This document shows positions 1-13,100 of a stretch of 64,000 nt of DNA, piece after piece. The notes under the pieces were generated by a model, which worked only from the letters and a program-made list of their open reading frames with translations, had not been told where the DNA came from and ran no database searches. The position numbers were made by a program, and so were the translations under genes. Numbering within the stretch: the first letter of the stretch is position 1; every line of letters starts with the position of its first letter. The DNA is from Azolla caroliniana (lineage: Eukaryota > Plantae > Polypodiophyta), in the NCBI GenBank assembly GCA_043228905.1, contig JBHGNT010000002.1, positions 3,844,001 to 3,908,000 on the forward strand. Direction: 5' to 3'.

Positions 1-341
1 CTCGAAATTAGAAAACAAGAACAAAAAAAAAGAGCGGGTCAACGACAGAAAATTCAAGCAAAAAGCCGAGTGGTATAAATGTAGGGGTTATTAAGTGGTT
101 AAAATTTAAAAAGACAAACGAGGAGGTACCACAAAGCTTTCAATTCTTATGAGAGATTAGTAAAAATAAGTATTTGAGGTAGGTCTTCATAGAGTATGGG
201 TTAGTGTTGAAGCTTGGTTTAAAACCAACGATAAATGTAGGGGTATACCGAGTAATTAAAAGGACCTGATGGAGATGTACTACTCCATATGGTCAGTAAA
301 AGACAGACTGTCACCTTTTCTTTTCTCTTTGTGAAGGAAAA

Positions 342-752
342 TAACAATCGGCAACGGTTTGGTTCGAGAGGGTCCAAACTGAACCGTTAAAATTTTTTGA
401 AACCTAAACCGAACTGAACCGAACCATTAAAATTTTCTCAAACCGTTAAGCCATTAAACCGGTAAAACCGATGTTTCGTGGTTCGGTTTCGGTTTTCAGC
501 GTAGGTCAAATTTTAAAATTTAAAATATTTCATTATTTAAATTATTTTAAATTTAAAGATTTTCCTAAAATGTGAGAATAAGGCATGAAAATGAAAAGAT
601 TGTTTAAAAACATTTTTTTTAAAAAAAATTTAAAAATAAAATAAAATAAAAAACCTGTTAAACCGTGGTTTCTAACGGTTGAAACCGAGCCGTTTAAACT
701 GTTAAGCCGAAGTTTCGCGGTTCGGTTTGGGGTTCACCGTTGCCGATTGTTA
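342..752. mobile_element. Non-autonomous hAT-type DNA transposon (MITE), copy 1
   Basis: 17-bp TIRs TAACAATCGGCAACGGT (342-358) and ACCGTTGCCGATTGTTA (736-752). Many subterminal AACCG/CGGTT motifs around an AT-rich core. Degenerate 8-bp TSD AAGGAAAA/AACGAAAG (6/8). Homologous to 37623-38226. Confidence 0.88.
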
Positions 753-984
753 AACGAAAGGGAACTTACAACTTACAAGCATAGTGGCTCTTTATTTTTA
801 TAAGCAGGGGGGGTATTCTTGTAATTTTGGGAAACCGAAAAACCAAGCCAAAATAAAATAAGGGGGTGGTTTTGGTCCTTAAAGCCAGCAGGGGTATCTC
901 TGTAATTATGGAAATCTGTTTTTGGGAAGGCGAAGGGAAGGGAAGGGGGCCTCGACAGGAGGTCTAGAGAGAGAAAAGAAGTTC

Positions 985-1068
985 TAGAGAGAGACAGAGA
1001 CAGAGAGAGACACACAGACACAGAGACGGAGAAAGGAAGAAAAAGGACAGAAGAGAGAGGAAAGAGAC

Positions 1069-1104
<36 letters not shown>
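985..1104 (+). repeat. (GA)n/GA-rich tract in the PTEN 5' leader
   Basis: GA/GACA-rich run ending in a pure (GA)n just before ATG 1109. Such tracts are typical of plant 5' UTRs and are possible BBR/BPC sites (inference). Confidence 0.8.
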
Positions 1105-1107
<3 letters not shown>

Positions 1108-1108
1108 C

Positions 1109-4100
1109 ATGGGCTCGTCTTGGTTAGATACGGCGCCTCTAGTACGTGCAAAATGCTTCCTTAGAGAGATCGTCTCGAAGGAGAAACTTCGCTACACACA
1201 GCATGGATTCAACCTCGACCTCAGCTGTAAGTTTCTATAGCCTCTCTTTTGCGCTTTAATGCACATCGTACTTAATTGGGTTTTTGGTAGGAATAAAAAT
1301 GGTCATTTCCATGGGAATGACCTTATCTTGTTTTCATGTTGTTATTTTGGTGGGATTTTATCATTTATTTTGATTTTGTTCTGCCTAGACTCTGATATTT
1401 TTGTTTTTGCTTTGGTGGTAAGAGAGTTCTTTTTCTTTTGTTCTGGTGGAGATAGTACATTTTTGTTTGTTTATTTCTGTGATTTATATAGATAATTTTG
1501 TTTTTTCTTTGGTGGATTATTGTTATTATTATTATTATTTTCTTCAGGGGAAAATGCTTGTGGGTTTCTGTTTTGCTGGAAATATATATATATTTTCTTT
1601 TTTGCAATTATATTGCCCTTTTTTTAAATGAAATATCCGGGTCCTTAGCTGCGAAATCCATCTCATTATGCTAAGAAAAGGAATAAACGAATGTCATAGG
1701 TCGTTTGGGTGCAGAATAGTAAGAGCAAAATTTGGGTCAGAAGTGGGCATGCCAAACTAATAGCCCTGTCATACAGTGGTATAAAAAGTATAGTCTTGAT
1801 ATTAAAGGAAAACAAGGATTCATCAGATTGTTAAAAAAGAACGAAAGAATAATACATGCCATTCATCTTTAATTAAATACTTCGCTGCATTTATTGGAGG
1901 TAATAATCCAATATATGCGATTTCTTTCTATGTGGTAGTCCATAGTAATCTTCTTAAGGTTACATGGTATTGTCTGTGGTTTGAAATGCCATTAAATCAA
2001 CGGAAATTCATATGTTGTTATGTTACATAATGTTACCAGTGGGAAAAGATTAAATTATCCCATGAAACCAATCACCCAATAAAGGAAGTCAATAACCCCA
2101 AAAAGTCTTTGACTGTACGAGCAAGAAATGTTAATCAGAGGTAATGAGTGGTTCGCTGTAATATGCTGGATGTCTGTGGCCAGTTCCACAACAGATGAAT
2201 CATAAATTTGCATAAGGGCTCCTTCATTGAAGATCAACAGAAAAATACGCCTCCTCATCCCTTATCTGTTTCCTCAGCAAGACTACAACTTTTAATAGCT
2301 ATGATAGTTTCAAGATACTAAAATGTGCATAGTAAAAACATGGCAAATTTTTTATTTGTAACTGGGAATCTTGAGCTTGGTAAATGCTCGTTTTTGCTTC
2401 TTTGAAAGTTTTTGTTCTACAATGTCAACTTTCAAAATAATGTATTCAAATTATGCAATGTTATTGGATATGCGGCATTGTACGTAGTTGCATCTGCTAT
2501 TTGAGTCTTTCTCCTCTTGAAGAATGAATATTTAAAGGATAATTGTTGAATACAGACTTTGTTTCGATAAATTCTAACATCTCTTGAGTTCTGTATGAAA
2601 TAGATATAACGCCCCGTATTATAGCAATGGGATGTCCTTCTGAAGGCACAGAAGGAATTTATCGAAATGCAATGCCTGAAGTCTCAAACTTCTTAAAAAA
2701 GTTTCATGAAAACCGATTCAAAGTTTTTAACTTGTAAGGCGTATTTTTTTTACCTGAACCTAGTTTGACATAAAAACTACACTCAATTTAATTCTAGATA
2801 TGTTTATACCTATTAAATACTGCTGGACTTTTGAGTGTAGTTTAGGCAGTCAGCCGGGTGCTAAGATTGACTCTGACAGTTGAAGCAAATGATGACATGA
2901 GGGCAACCAATTGAATAGGCAGTGATAGGAATGGCAAACACACTCAGGCAATCTGATTAAGAATCACACAATGAACAATGCTCAACACACATACTAATGA
3001 CCGGAGAATAAAAAAAGAAGAAGAGTCTTATTTAAAAGGAAATTTTAGAGGTAGAAGATATAAATCTAGAAGTAATAGCACAATTCACTGTTCTCGCATT
3101 AGTGGCTGCATTGGAACCACTGTAATTACTTTGTCAGTCACCAGGAAGAGCAAGTTATAACTCTATTGCAGCAAATGAAATTATTTCTCTCCCAGGGCTG
3201 AGCTGCATAGACTGATTTTCAATCAGGGTTTAGATTCTTTATCGTGGAGAAAGATCATTTCCTTTTTGATTTCGCTCTTTGTAACAAAGGACATTTCCCA
3301 ATTCTGATGATCCTTTTAAAAACAGAAATGTAATGATAATCTCTTATACGAGATTATGATAGAATCAATCCAGGTTAAGCATACATTCCTATGATGAAAC
3401 TGCTAGACATGCTGCTTTCAGAATCTAGAGCATGTCAGTTCGAATCCAAGTAGCACTATTCTGGTCTGTGCCCCTGTCTCCAGCAAAGATGTGTTTCAGG
3501 AATGTTTAACTGGGTTTGCTCTTCCCTTCCCTTATATCATGGTATCGAACCTCCTTGATAGCCTTTCCTTCCAGCAGAATTGAGTATCAAATCTATTATT
3601 CAGTAAATTATTTATTTGGATAAGATTTTTAGGGATAATTATGTAATATAATAAAGTAAGAATGACAAAGGAAGTAATGAACTATATCAGTGATGCACTG
3701 TCATATTATGTCTCTGTCTTTCTTTCCTTTGAAGACTATTACAAAATATTTTATATAGAGGAAGAGAAAGAAAGAAAGAAAGATATATTAACGTCTTTTA
3801 AGAGGCCAAAATGGCCGATAAGACCAAATAAGAGATTACATCTTAAGTGTTGTATCGTCTTTGAGAACAAATCAAAATAAAATAATATTACACAGTAAAT
3901 ATAAAAGTAAATAAGATGAAAAGAAAAGAAACGAGCGAATCTGGTTTTTGGTACATGTGAGATTCTCAAGTTAGGTATATTGTAGCTTTTGTCTTCGAAA
4001 GATCTCTAGCATAGGTCGATCCAGAATGGAAATGTCTCCGAAGTGAGGGAAGCACCTACGGTGGCGGGAGATAATGGCTTTTATTTGTCGATGACAAGGG

Positions 4101-7100
4101 TGTCGAGAACGGTCCATGGGGCCGGGGCCTATGTGCACGGCAAATTGCTATTGCCAGATCAATTGTAACCCCTTTGTTATGTCCTGGTCTGGAGCCCATT
4201 TGTGTATCCCGTGATGGACTTGTAGCATTAGGAGTGATGGGGCTAAAGAAAGTTGTGATTCTTCTTTGTGGATGAGCTTGTGCGTATCCCTTTCCACTTG
4301 GTATAATCATCGACTTATGTGTATCCCTTTCCACTTGATTCTAAGCGAATCATGAATTTGCCTTTGAATTATATATCTAACTTTTAAGATGACTGATTGA
4401 TATTTAGAAAGAGGCTAATTCTGTGATTCCAAAATTGTCCCTTCCATAACTCCTACTATATATTTCCCATGGCCTTACTCTTCTATCCTATAATCTTTTA
4501 GATTTACTTGTCCCGTACTGTTCGGTTAACACTATGGCACACTTGTATGACAGTGTCAATGCTTGGCTTGGATTGTTCGGCTTTGGGCTCAACTGCAATT
4601 ACAGCTGTAGCTGGGCTGGTTGTATTGCCATGTGCCATGGCTTGTTCGTCTAAGACAATCAGGTTGACGTGTGGCATGTCTTGTTCGACTGGTGGGTTCT
4701 CACGCTGGTTCTCAGTGTCAAAGTTTGAAAAATAGGTGAGAATTCCTTTGTGACCTCCAGTATCCAGTCCTGCAGCCATGTCAACTGAAATGATTGGATC
4801 TGCTGAACCTCATCCTAACTTTAACCCTAACCCACAGACGAGGAGGAAGGAGAGATTCAAAAGCAGGAAGCCATGAAGACAAAAGAAGAAGGCTGCCTTG
4901 CCCTGTTCTCACAGGGAGCATACCATTAAAGGTTGAGAAGAAGTAAAATCATAGAATAAGTACAAGAAACAGAGACTAGATGCATAAGACATGGTACAAT
5001 GTTTATCAAGGACCATGTTTAAAGGCTTCCAGAATAAGCTAGAAGATGCTGATTGGCAGCCAAAGCAGTTGAAATCAGTTCCTTACTTGGCCGAGGTACG
5101 GAAAGGTGAGGTGGGCACCCTAGTCATCTATCCTCCACTATTGTTATTAAGAAGGAATACCTCAATAGAGCATGCTGTCCTCTACGCCCATTGCTAAGAA
5201 GTTATATTGAAATGGGGTTGGTTTATTTATAGTTCGTCCATGTGATAGAACCATTCTTGCATTTCAACATACCCACAATGGTCATCTTCATGTTCAATAA
5301 GCTATTTGGATGACATACGTGTTAAACCTGAGTACCTTTGCTAAGGCAGACCCCAAATCCATTGGTTACCAGTTTCTTATCAGAATAATGTCTCGGTTAT
5401 TATTGGGGCTGCTCTCATCTTTTCCAGGATTATATCATGGTGTACTGATGCTTTGCTCCTTATAATGCAGGCAGTCATTGAGACCAAAGGTCTCTCCAAA
5501 TTTGTTGAGCTATGTCTCTTATGAAGGCCCAATCCCCAAATAGTGGTGTTAAATACCATCACTTTAGTTTGATCAAAGTTTCCCATATGTTTTTTAAAGA
5601 GACTATCATTGAGAACGAGGGGCCACACTGCATGTATGCAATGTTTCATTGCTTAGCTTTGTTACATTTTTTTCTGTTTTGGGTTCTTTGTACCTACATA
5701 CTATGGATTTATTTTTATTTTTATCTCTTTGGCAATACATTTTTTGAAGTTAACTTAAGGCCTTTGAAAGGTGGAAATGCACTAATTAGTATAAAGTTTC
5801 TTTCCAACTTGCAACGGTCCATTCTTCCTTCACCTTATCTTTAGGGAAGTAAGGTTGATGATTCAAATGTAACAATTTATAAGTGTACCATGGATAAGTA
5901 ATGATGCTCATTACTATTTGTAGAAACAATGGAATACAATATATGAGATTATTTGACAGGGTTTTAATTTATTTTTCTGGTTTGATTAGATGCGCAGAGA
6001 GGACTTATGATCCAGCTAAACTTGGTGGAAATGGTATGTTAAAATTCACATAGATCCAACAAATACATGGTACAAGCTTCTAGGGGAGTATGTTTACCGC
6101 AGAAGCTTATGGATTTAACTTGCATTCAGTATCAATGGATTGTACACATATGAGCTATTATTTCTCACCAATAGAGATCAGTATGCTTATTTCAGCACCT
6201 CATCATAGTACACTATTCTTTAGTATGGGGTTTGGTAGGAGTCCAAAGGATTAGAACCAAATGTGTTTCAAATGTGCATATCTTTCACATGTATCATATT
6301 CGTCACTCATAACACAAAGTAGTTTGTTTGTGTGCCTTTTGAACTTTTGCTTAGACCAACGATTTCCATACATTTTCTAGGTGTTCCTATTTATTTGTAC
6401 ATGAAAAGATCATAAATTTGTTATACATCTGGCATATAGGTTCGATTCATGTAAGGATGTTCGCTATGTAATATGGAAACAATCTTCTTTATTATTTGCT
6501 GTGTTAAGTTTGTGATGTGATTTGTCATTTTTAATGTATTTATTTATTGTGCATGTTTGAAACTGTGATTCTTGTTTATACCAATGACTTATAGTTGATA
6601 TAGAAGTAGAATAAAAAATGTAGCTTAATGTGCTAAGGTTAAACATGAAACATGAAAAATGAAAAAGATGGAAGCTTGAACTTAAAACCAAACAAATCTT
6701 TATTGAAGACTGTGACTGGCAATGATGATCAGACATTATGTTAACCCAAATCTTGGTATGCATAATTGGAGCTTTTTATTTGGGAAACCATACTCAATGT
6801 GAATTAATTTCCTAAATCTGAAACATTGGTATTTGTAGTCTGGAATTTTCTTTGGCGAAATTATACCCAAATGTTGTGAGTATGATTTACCCTTGATTTC
6901 CGTAAGGGAACAGGAAAAGATGGAACTTTACTCAATGTGGCATTGAAATTTTTGCCATGCAGAATTGGAGCTTTTCCTGGGTGCAACCGTACTCAATGTG
7001 AATATGCCCAAGTCTAAGGTCTATTTAGTATTGAACAAAGATAATAGTGAGAAGTAGATATGTGCTTGGTACAGTGGTTTAAGGCAGAACCTTGAGTCCA

Positions 7101-10100
7101 ACTTTTAGTTGTTTTGAGAATCTGAATTCCATTGTGATGGAGTAGCTATTAAAGTCAAAATGAACAGTGTTTTTAGTGATCTGAAGTAGAAGTAATAGCT
7201 TAAAAAGAGCATTAGTGTAAACTGACAGAATCAGCACAAATGCAAATTACTCATTTAACAGACTCTAATATGGGTTGCCATCCATGGCCTGGCCAACTTG
7301 AACAATGAAATTGAAGAGTTCTCATAGTTGGAGAACATGAAAGCTCACTATGACAAACTGCATGTTAATATTGTTCCTGTTATTCAACCAGATGCGCTTT
7401 AAATTAAATAAAGGCAACAGACAATCCAACATCTTTCTCTGAATGTATGATATTTATGTTTTAGCATCACACGTAAACACTAAAACATAATATCAACGAA
7501 TGGTGTTAACTAACAAATTTCTCTACTATTCATGCAGTGGAGTGGATACCCTTTTCAGATCATGATCCTGCTCCCACTGAACTAATGTTCTATTTCTGCG
7601 AACGAGCGGTAGGACCTCTGTTGATTTTTGGAACCTCATTTAGGTTTTACTTTAAAGTTAAAACATGATAATGATCTCCTTATAACAATATTTACATGTT
7701 ATGGACAATTTCTTGTGAAAAAAGCAACACTGATATCTAAATATTTGTTGCTTAGAGTAAATTGTGGAACACTACAAGGATGGGACTTGCAAGGGAATGC
7801 AGTAAGCTTTAGCATCATTCAATGAACGTTGCAGTTTGCCCCAATCTCATTATCACTAGGTCCGAGTCATCATAACTGCCTGTAGGAGTTTGCAATTATG
7901 ATAGGTGTCTTTTATGAGTCCCATGAAGCACTTAGTTAAACGAATGTCATATTAATGATTTTCAAATGTGCTTTGTCACTAGCACACTATCCAAATGTCC
8001 ATATTGGGATTGTGTAGGAATAAGATGGATCAAAATCCAATGGTAATGATCAACATAAATATAATTGTATTTTATGTTTCTACTGTTTGTTGCACTTTAA
8101 TATTGTTTTTGGAGGCCTGATAAGACATTTGGTTGAACAAGAATTATATCAGTCATTATGGAATGTGCATGGTCACCTAGCGCAAAATGCATATTTCAAT
8201 CTTGGAATTTTGTAGTCTCAAAATGGATTGGGATGTGCTGATAATTGTCAACATGAATGTAGTTGAAGTTTCATGCTTCTACTGTTTGTTGCATATTAGT
8301 GTTGTTTTATAGTGTGATGCCTGCCATATCTCATACGATTAATTACAGCTAATGCGACTTAAATCTATTGAAATGCATTTATTTGTTTCAATTGGCATGG
8401 CATGCCTTCTCAGTTGAATGTAAAATGAGATTCAAGGTACTCTTCTGAATCAGCTAATGCTACTTAAATCTATCAAAATGCATGTATTTGTTTCAATTGG
8501 CATGACATGTCTTCTCAGTTGAATGAGATTCAAGTTACTCTTCTGAATCCTAGTGTGGTCTTAACAATCTTTAGGCCCATAAACTAGCCCTATCTTCTAT
8601 GCATATGGTTGTATAGCCCAATATCTCCTGTGATATGCTAGTATGTTAAGGCTTGATCTGATCCTATATCATATGCATTCCATTCAGGTTTTACTATTAG
8701 CTCTGCCCATTTGTGAGAATGATATCACGTCTAATGGATCTATGCATCTCATTATTCTTGGCTAGTGACTAATAGGTGACTAACGCAAATGTTCTCATAA
8801 TGACCAAATGGTTTGAATTTGGATGATGATTCAAATCACTATGGAGCCTGCATAAATGAATTCATGTGGCTAGAGGTGGAGATCACATTCAGCATTCTCA
8901 TATGCATGTATGTTTTCATTTTCTTTTCTTTTCATTTAACTATTAAACTGCATTTCTTTTATCTTTGTGCCCTTTCATGGGGTTCTTGTTTTTCGTTCAT
9001 AACTTCAAACTCAGTGTATAGTCCTATCAAAATATAGTTCTTAAATCTTTGTGAAGTTGATTGCAACTTTATCTTTGGTATTTGTACCCAAACTCTCTTA
9101 TACTGGTTCCATGGCTATTAGAGAAAGTAACATCAAATTGACCCAGACTATAGATGATTAAGAAAGAGAGTCATTGGGACCTTTACTGACTGCCAACTAG
9201 TATGTTTGAGGATCATCTTAAACCCAAGTAAACGCCTTGAGTATTATATTGATTTACGAATGTGTTGATCTATCAGGAAGTGATTCTCAAATCAGTGATC
9301 TGATCTTATTGTTGTAGCACTGTATTTCTAATGTTGCAGAGATTGGAGTATGGAAATCTGTTAGGAATGACTTTTTCATTAATATGCATAGAAATTACAG
9401 TATAAATGAGTTGCTACCTATTTTTTTAAAATCCATTCTAAGTTCTTAATTTACTTTACTGTGCAGTGTGAATGGCTTATGTCAGATCCAAATAATGTAA
9501 TCGCTGTACACTGTAAAGCAGGGAAGGCAAGTGTTTGTGTGTTATACCAACGTAGACTTATTATAGTTCTATTTATTAGAAGCACTCAGATGAGTTTGTT
9601 TAGATTTTTTATTGTAGTTGTCTGTGTCTGCATGTGCATGTGTAATTGTCAAACTTGTACTATAATATATTGATTACTCTCAGGAAGCGCCTTTAAAAAC
9701 TTCCAGTGTGTTTCTTCAGGGTCGGACAGGATTGATGATTTGTGCATACCTAGTATACAGCCAGGAATGTGGGGATCCCATAACAGCCCTAAGGCTTTAT
9801 GGTGAGAAGAGAACAAAAAATGGCAAGGTAAAATCATGTACATGGAAAACTTAGGTTTCATTTAATTTGACTCTGTTGTATTTCCACATAAATCTAGCAA
9901 TGCATGCTGATTTTTTATCAGAAAAATCAGTTACAACGAATTTTGCATGGTGTGTATTGGCAATGATCAGAGTACTGTCTCTGAATTCCAGTGCACCAAC
10001 CTACATGCAGAGATCTAAAGCTTATGATTAAAGCATAGATATAGTCTGCAAACTTGGTAAACATGTCTGTTCAGATTCCTCAGGTTTACTTAGCAATTGA

Positions 10101-13100
10101 ATACTAAGGGTATGGGGAAGTCTAGAATGAAAGGCAGAATTTTGAGTAAACATTTTTCTGAAGAAGGAAACATTTTTTTAAAGCTGTGCAAATTATCGAA
10201 GAGGTCTTAAGTTGTAAAGCTGACATCAATATTTAGTCTGTGTATTTGGACTTTAAAAGGCTCTAGGAAGGTTATGGTACTGGTGTCTAGTTCACTGCAT
10301 GAACTAAGATTGCAACCTCATATTTTCCTATGAAGATTGTTTGAGGCTGATAGTGTAGGGAAAATGCTCGTATGATTATATGAACCAAGAAGGGGGCTTA
10401 TCTACTTGGGTATACACATCCAACATGATACATACATAAAAAAAGAAAGATATATTAACATCTTTTAAGAGGCCAAAATGGCCTATAAGAACAAACAATA
10501 GATTACATCTTAAGTGTTGTCTTGTCTTTGAGAACAACAAATCACAATAGAATAAGTATTATTCAGTAAATATAAAAGTAAATAAGATAAAAACAGACGA
10601 TGGAATCTGGTTTTCGGCACATGTGAGATTCTCAAGTTAGATATATTGTAACTTTTGACTTCGAAAGATCTCTAGCATAGGTCGATCCAGAATGGAGAGG
10701 TCTCCAAAGGGAGGGAAGCACTTGCGATGGTGGGAGATAATGGCCTTTATTTGTCGATGACAAGGGTGATGCTGTCGTGGTCCATGGGCCGGGGCCTACT
10801 TGCACGACAAATTGCTATTACCTGATCTATTCTAACCCCTTTGTTATGTCCTGATCGGGAGTCGATTTGTGTATGCCTTGTTTGACTTGTAGCAATAGTA
10901 AGAGAGATGGGGCTAAAGAAAGTTGTGATTTTACTTTGTGGGAGCTTGTGTGGCTGTATTATTGTTCTTCAACAACTTTTCCCTATGTCTCTTGAGTTCG
11001 AGTAAGAAAAGTCCTAGGCATTGTTGGTCCTCATATTCCATTACCTTGCATAGTGGGCCAAAGCCTTGTTTAAAGAGGCAATGGTATCTCTCTCTGATTT
11101 CATAAAAGACACTATAGTGACAAACATAGTGTTCTTCGTATTCCACTCCTTGCTAACACAACTGGCAAATTCTTCCTTCTACAGGTATATGTGTATATGT
11201 GCCTACCTCAATCTCTAACTGATGTGATGAAGTTCTCAGTTGCCCTATCACACTGTGAAGCGCATAGGATAGATGTATGTCCATATAAGGTGGCCTGATG
11301 ATGAATCCATCCTCTGATGTGTGTATGAAGTGTGTCTTGTAGTGGGCCATATTCATACCAAGTGAAATTTTGGAGCTGATCCATGTTATCTTGTTTTCCG
11401 AGTTAATAATATCAGTTCGGATCACTCTATTCTTTTCCACTTTGGTCATAAAGAAGCAAGCAAGAAAAATATAACTCTTATGCGCTCATGATAAAATGCA
11501 TACTCCTGTACATGGACTTCTCATGCTATGGTATTTGTATTTTTATCTCTCTTGCCAATTCCTCTTATTGGTTTCTAAAGATGAATTGTTTACTCTATTC
11601 AAAAAGCATACATTTTTTTTCTATTTCTGAGAGAAAGAGAACAAAATAGAGAGGAAAATTTAATATTTCAGGGTGTGACTATCCCTAGTCAAAGACGTTA
11701 CCTGGATTATTTTTATGATATTTGGAAGAATGGACCTCGGAATATTGTGTCCTTGATGATATCAAAGATAGTATTGTACTCGAATATCTCACATAAATCA
11801 GGCATGTTCAAACTGTGGATCTTTTTTTGTTGTTGGTTAGTACGGCTTAAATTTACAATGCTAAAAATATATTGGTTTTTCAATTTATTTTAGTTCTAAA
11901 TTATGAGCTAAAGTGTTGTCATGTTTGTTCTTTCTGTATGTAATAACTTTATGATTTAGGTATTCGAGTATCTATAGCTTGCAACGGGGGCAATAATAGT
12001 TTCAAGTTAAACTCCATCTTGGAATCAAAAGTAAGTGTTGCAAAGGACAGCTGCATTTGTTCTTCTTTCATGAGATTATTTAATAACAATCTTATTTCGC
12101 TGGGTGCTCTCGAAATTGGGCAAGACAAACATTGCATAGCTCTTGTGAAACAGTTGAGGGCCAGTGGTCCCTAGACTGGATGAGCCAAGGCTGGTAGGCC
12201 CTAGGATTGCCATATTTCATTCTAGTTATCAATGTATTCCGATGTGTGGAGATGTGTATGTCAGTTGCAAAGCTTGTGCCACTTACTGAGACACTCTGAA
12301 GGTAGGGGTTAGGCTATACAGAGTGGGATAAATGAGTTGGTTAGGATATTTTGGAAAAGATGAACCACTTTGCAACATCAGCAAAAGTTTCTTTCATCAA
12401 ACGCGCCTCTTTGGATGTAGAATTCAAAAGTCAGATTTGAGATTACTAAAGAGATACTCTTGAGTCTAAGATCTGCAGAAAACTTGGCTGACTTGTTAAA
12501 CTGTCTTGGTCTATGGCGATTGATTTACTAGCCCCACAGAACAGTTGCCTAGACCATGGTTTTGCAACTGGCTATGATTAAGCAGAATCGGAGTCAACCT
12601 TGCTGGTGTCTTGATACCAAATTTGTCTCATTTGTGGATGATACTCAGTTCAGGTTAACATGAGGAGTACAAGCCCATCGAGAAGCGCGAGAGACTTTTT
12701 GCATGACATAGATCTCAAAGTCAGTACTGGTTAAAGCTAAGGTAATGGTGTCTAAAACGACATGAACATGGGTAGCTAGTCAAGAGTATCAATTCACATG
12801 TGATGGGCAGCTACTAGGGTATATGGATTCACAATTATACCTAGGAATCACTCTTGAGGGTCCATGAATCTCCATGAGGGAGTAGTGAAAAGAAAAATTC
12901 CCTTTTTATGCTAGCTGATATAAGAACAAGTTCAACACACACTTGTATCTGATGTCTGTTTGCAAATGAACGAGAATTATGATTTGATCAATGAGTAACT
13001 TGCACCTGTCTGTTTTATGTTTGGGATGGGAGTTGTGCAATTACATTGTCTATTTGGTTCACGCATTGAGGACTGTATGTGAAGAGTTGTAATTTGATCA

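Noticed and set aside
3395-3470. B-box-like GTTCGAATCC (3438-3447) suggesting a tRNA or SINE
   Set aside because: No convincing A box, cloverleaf, tail, TSD or second copy in the window.
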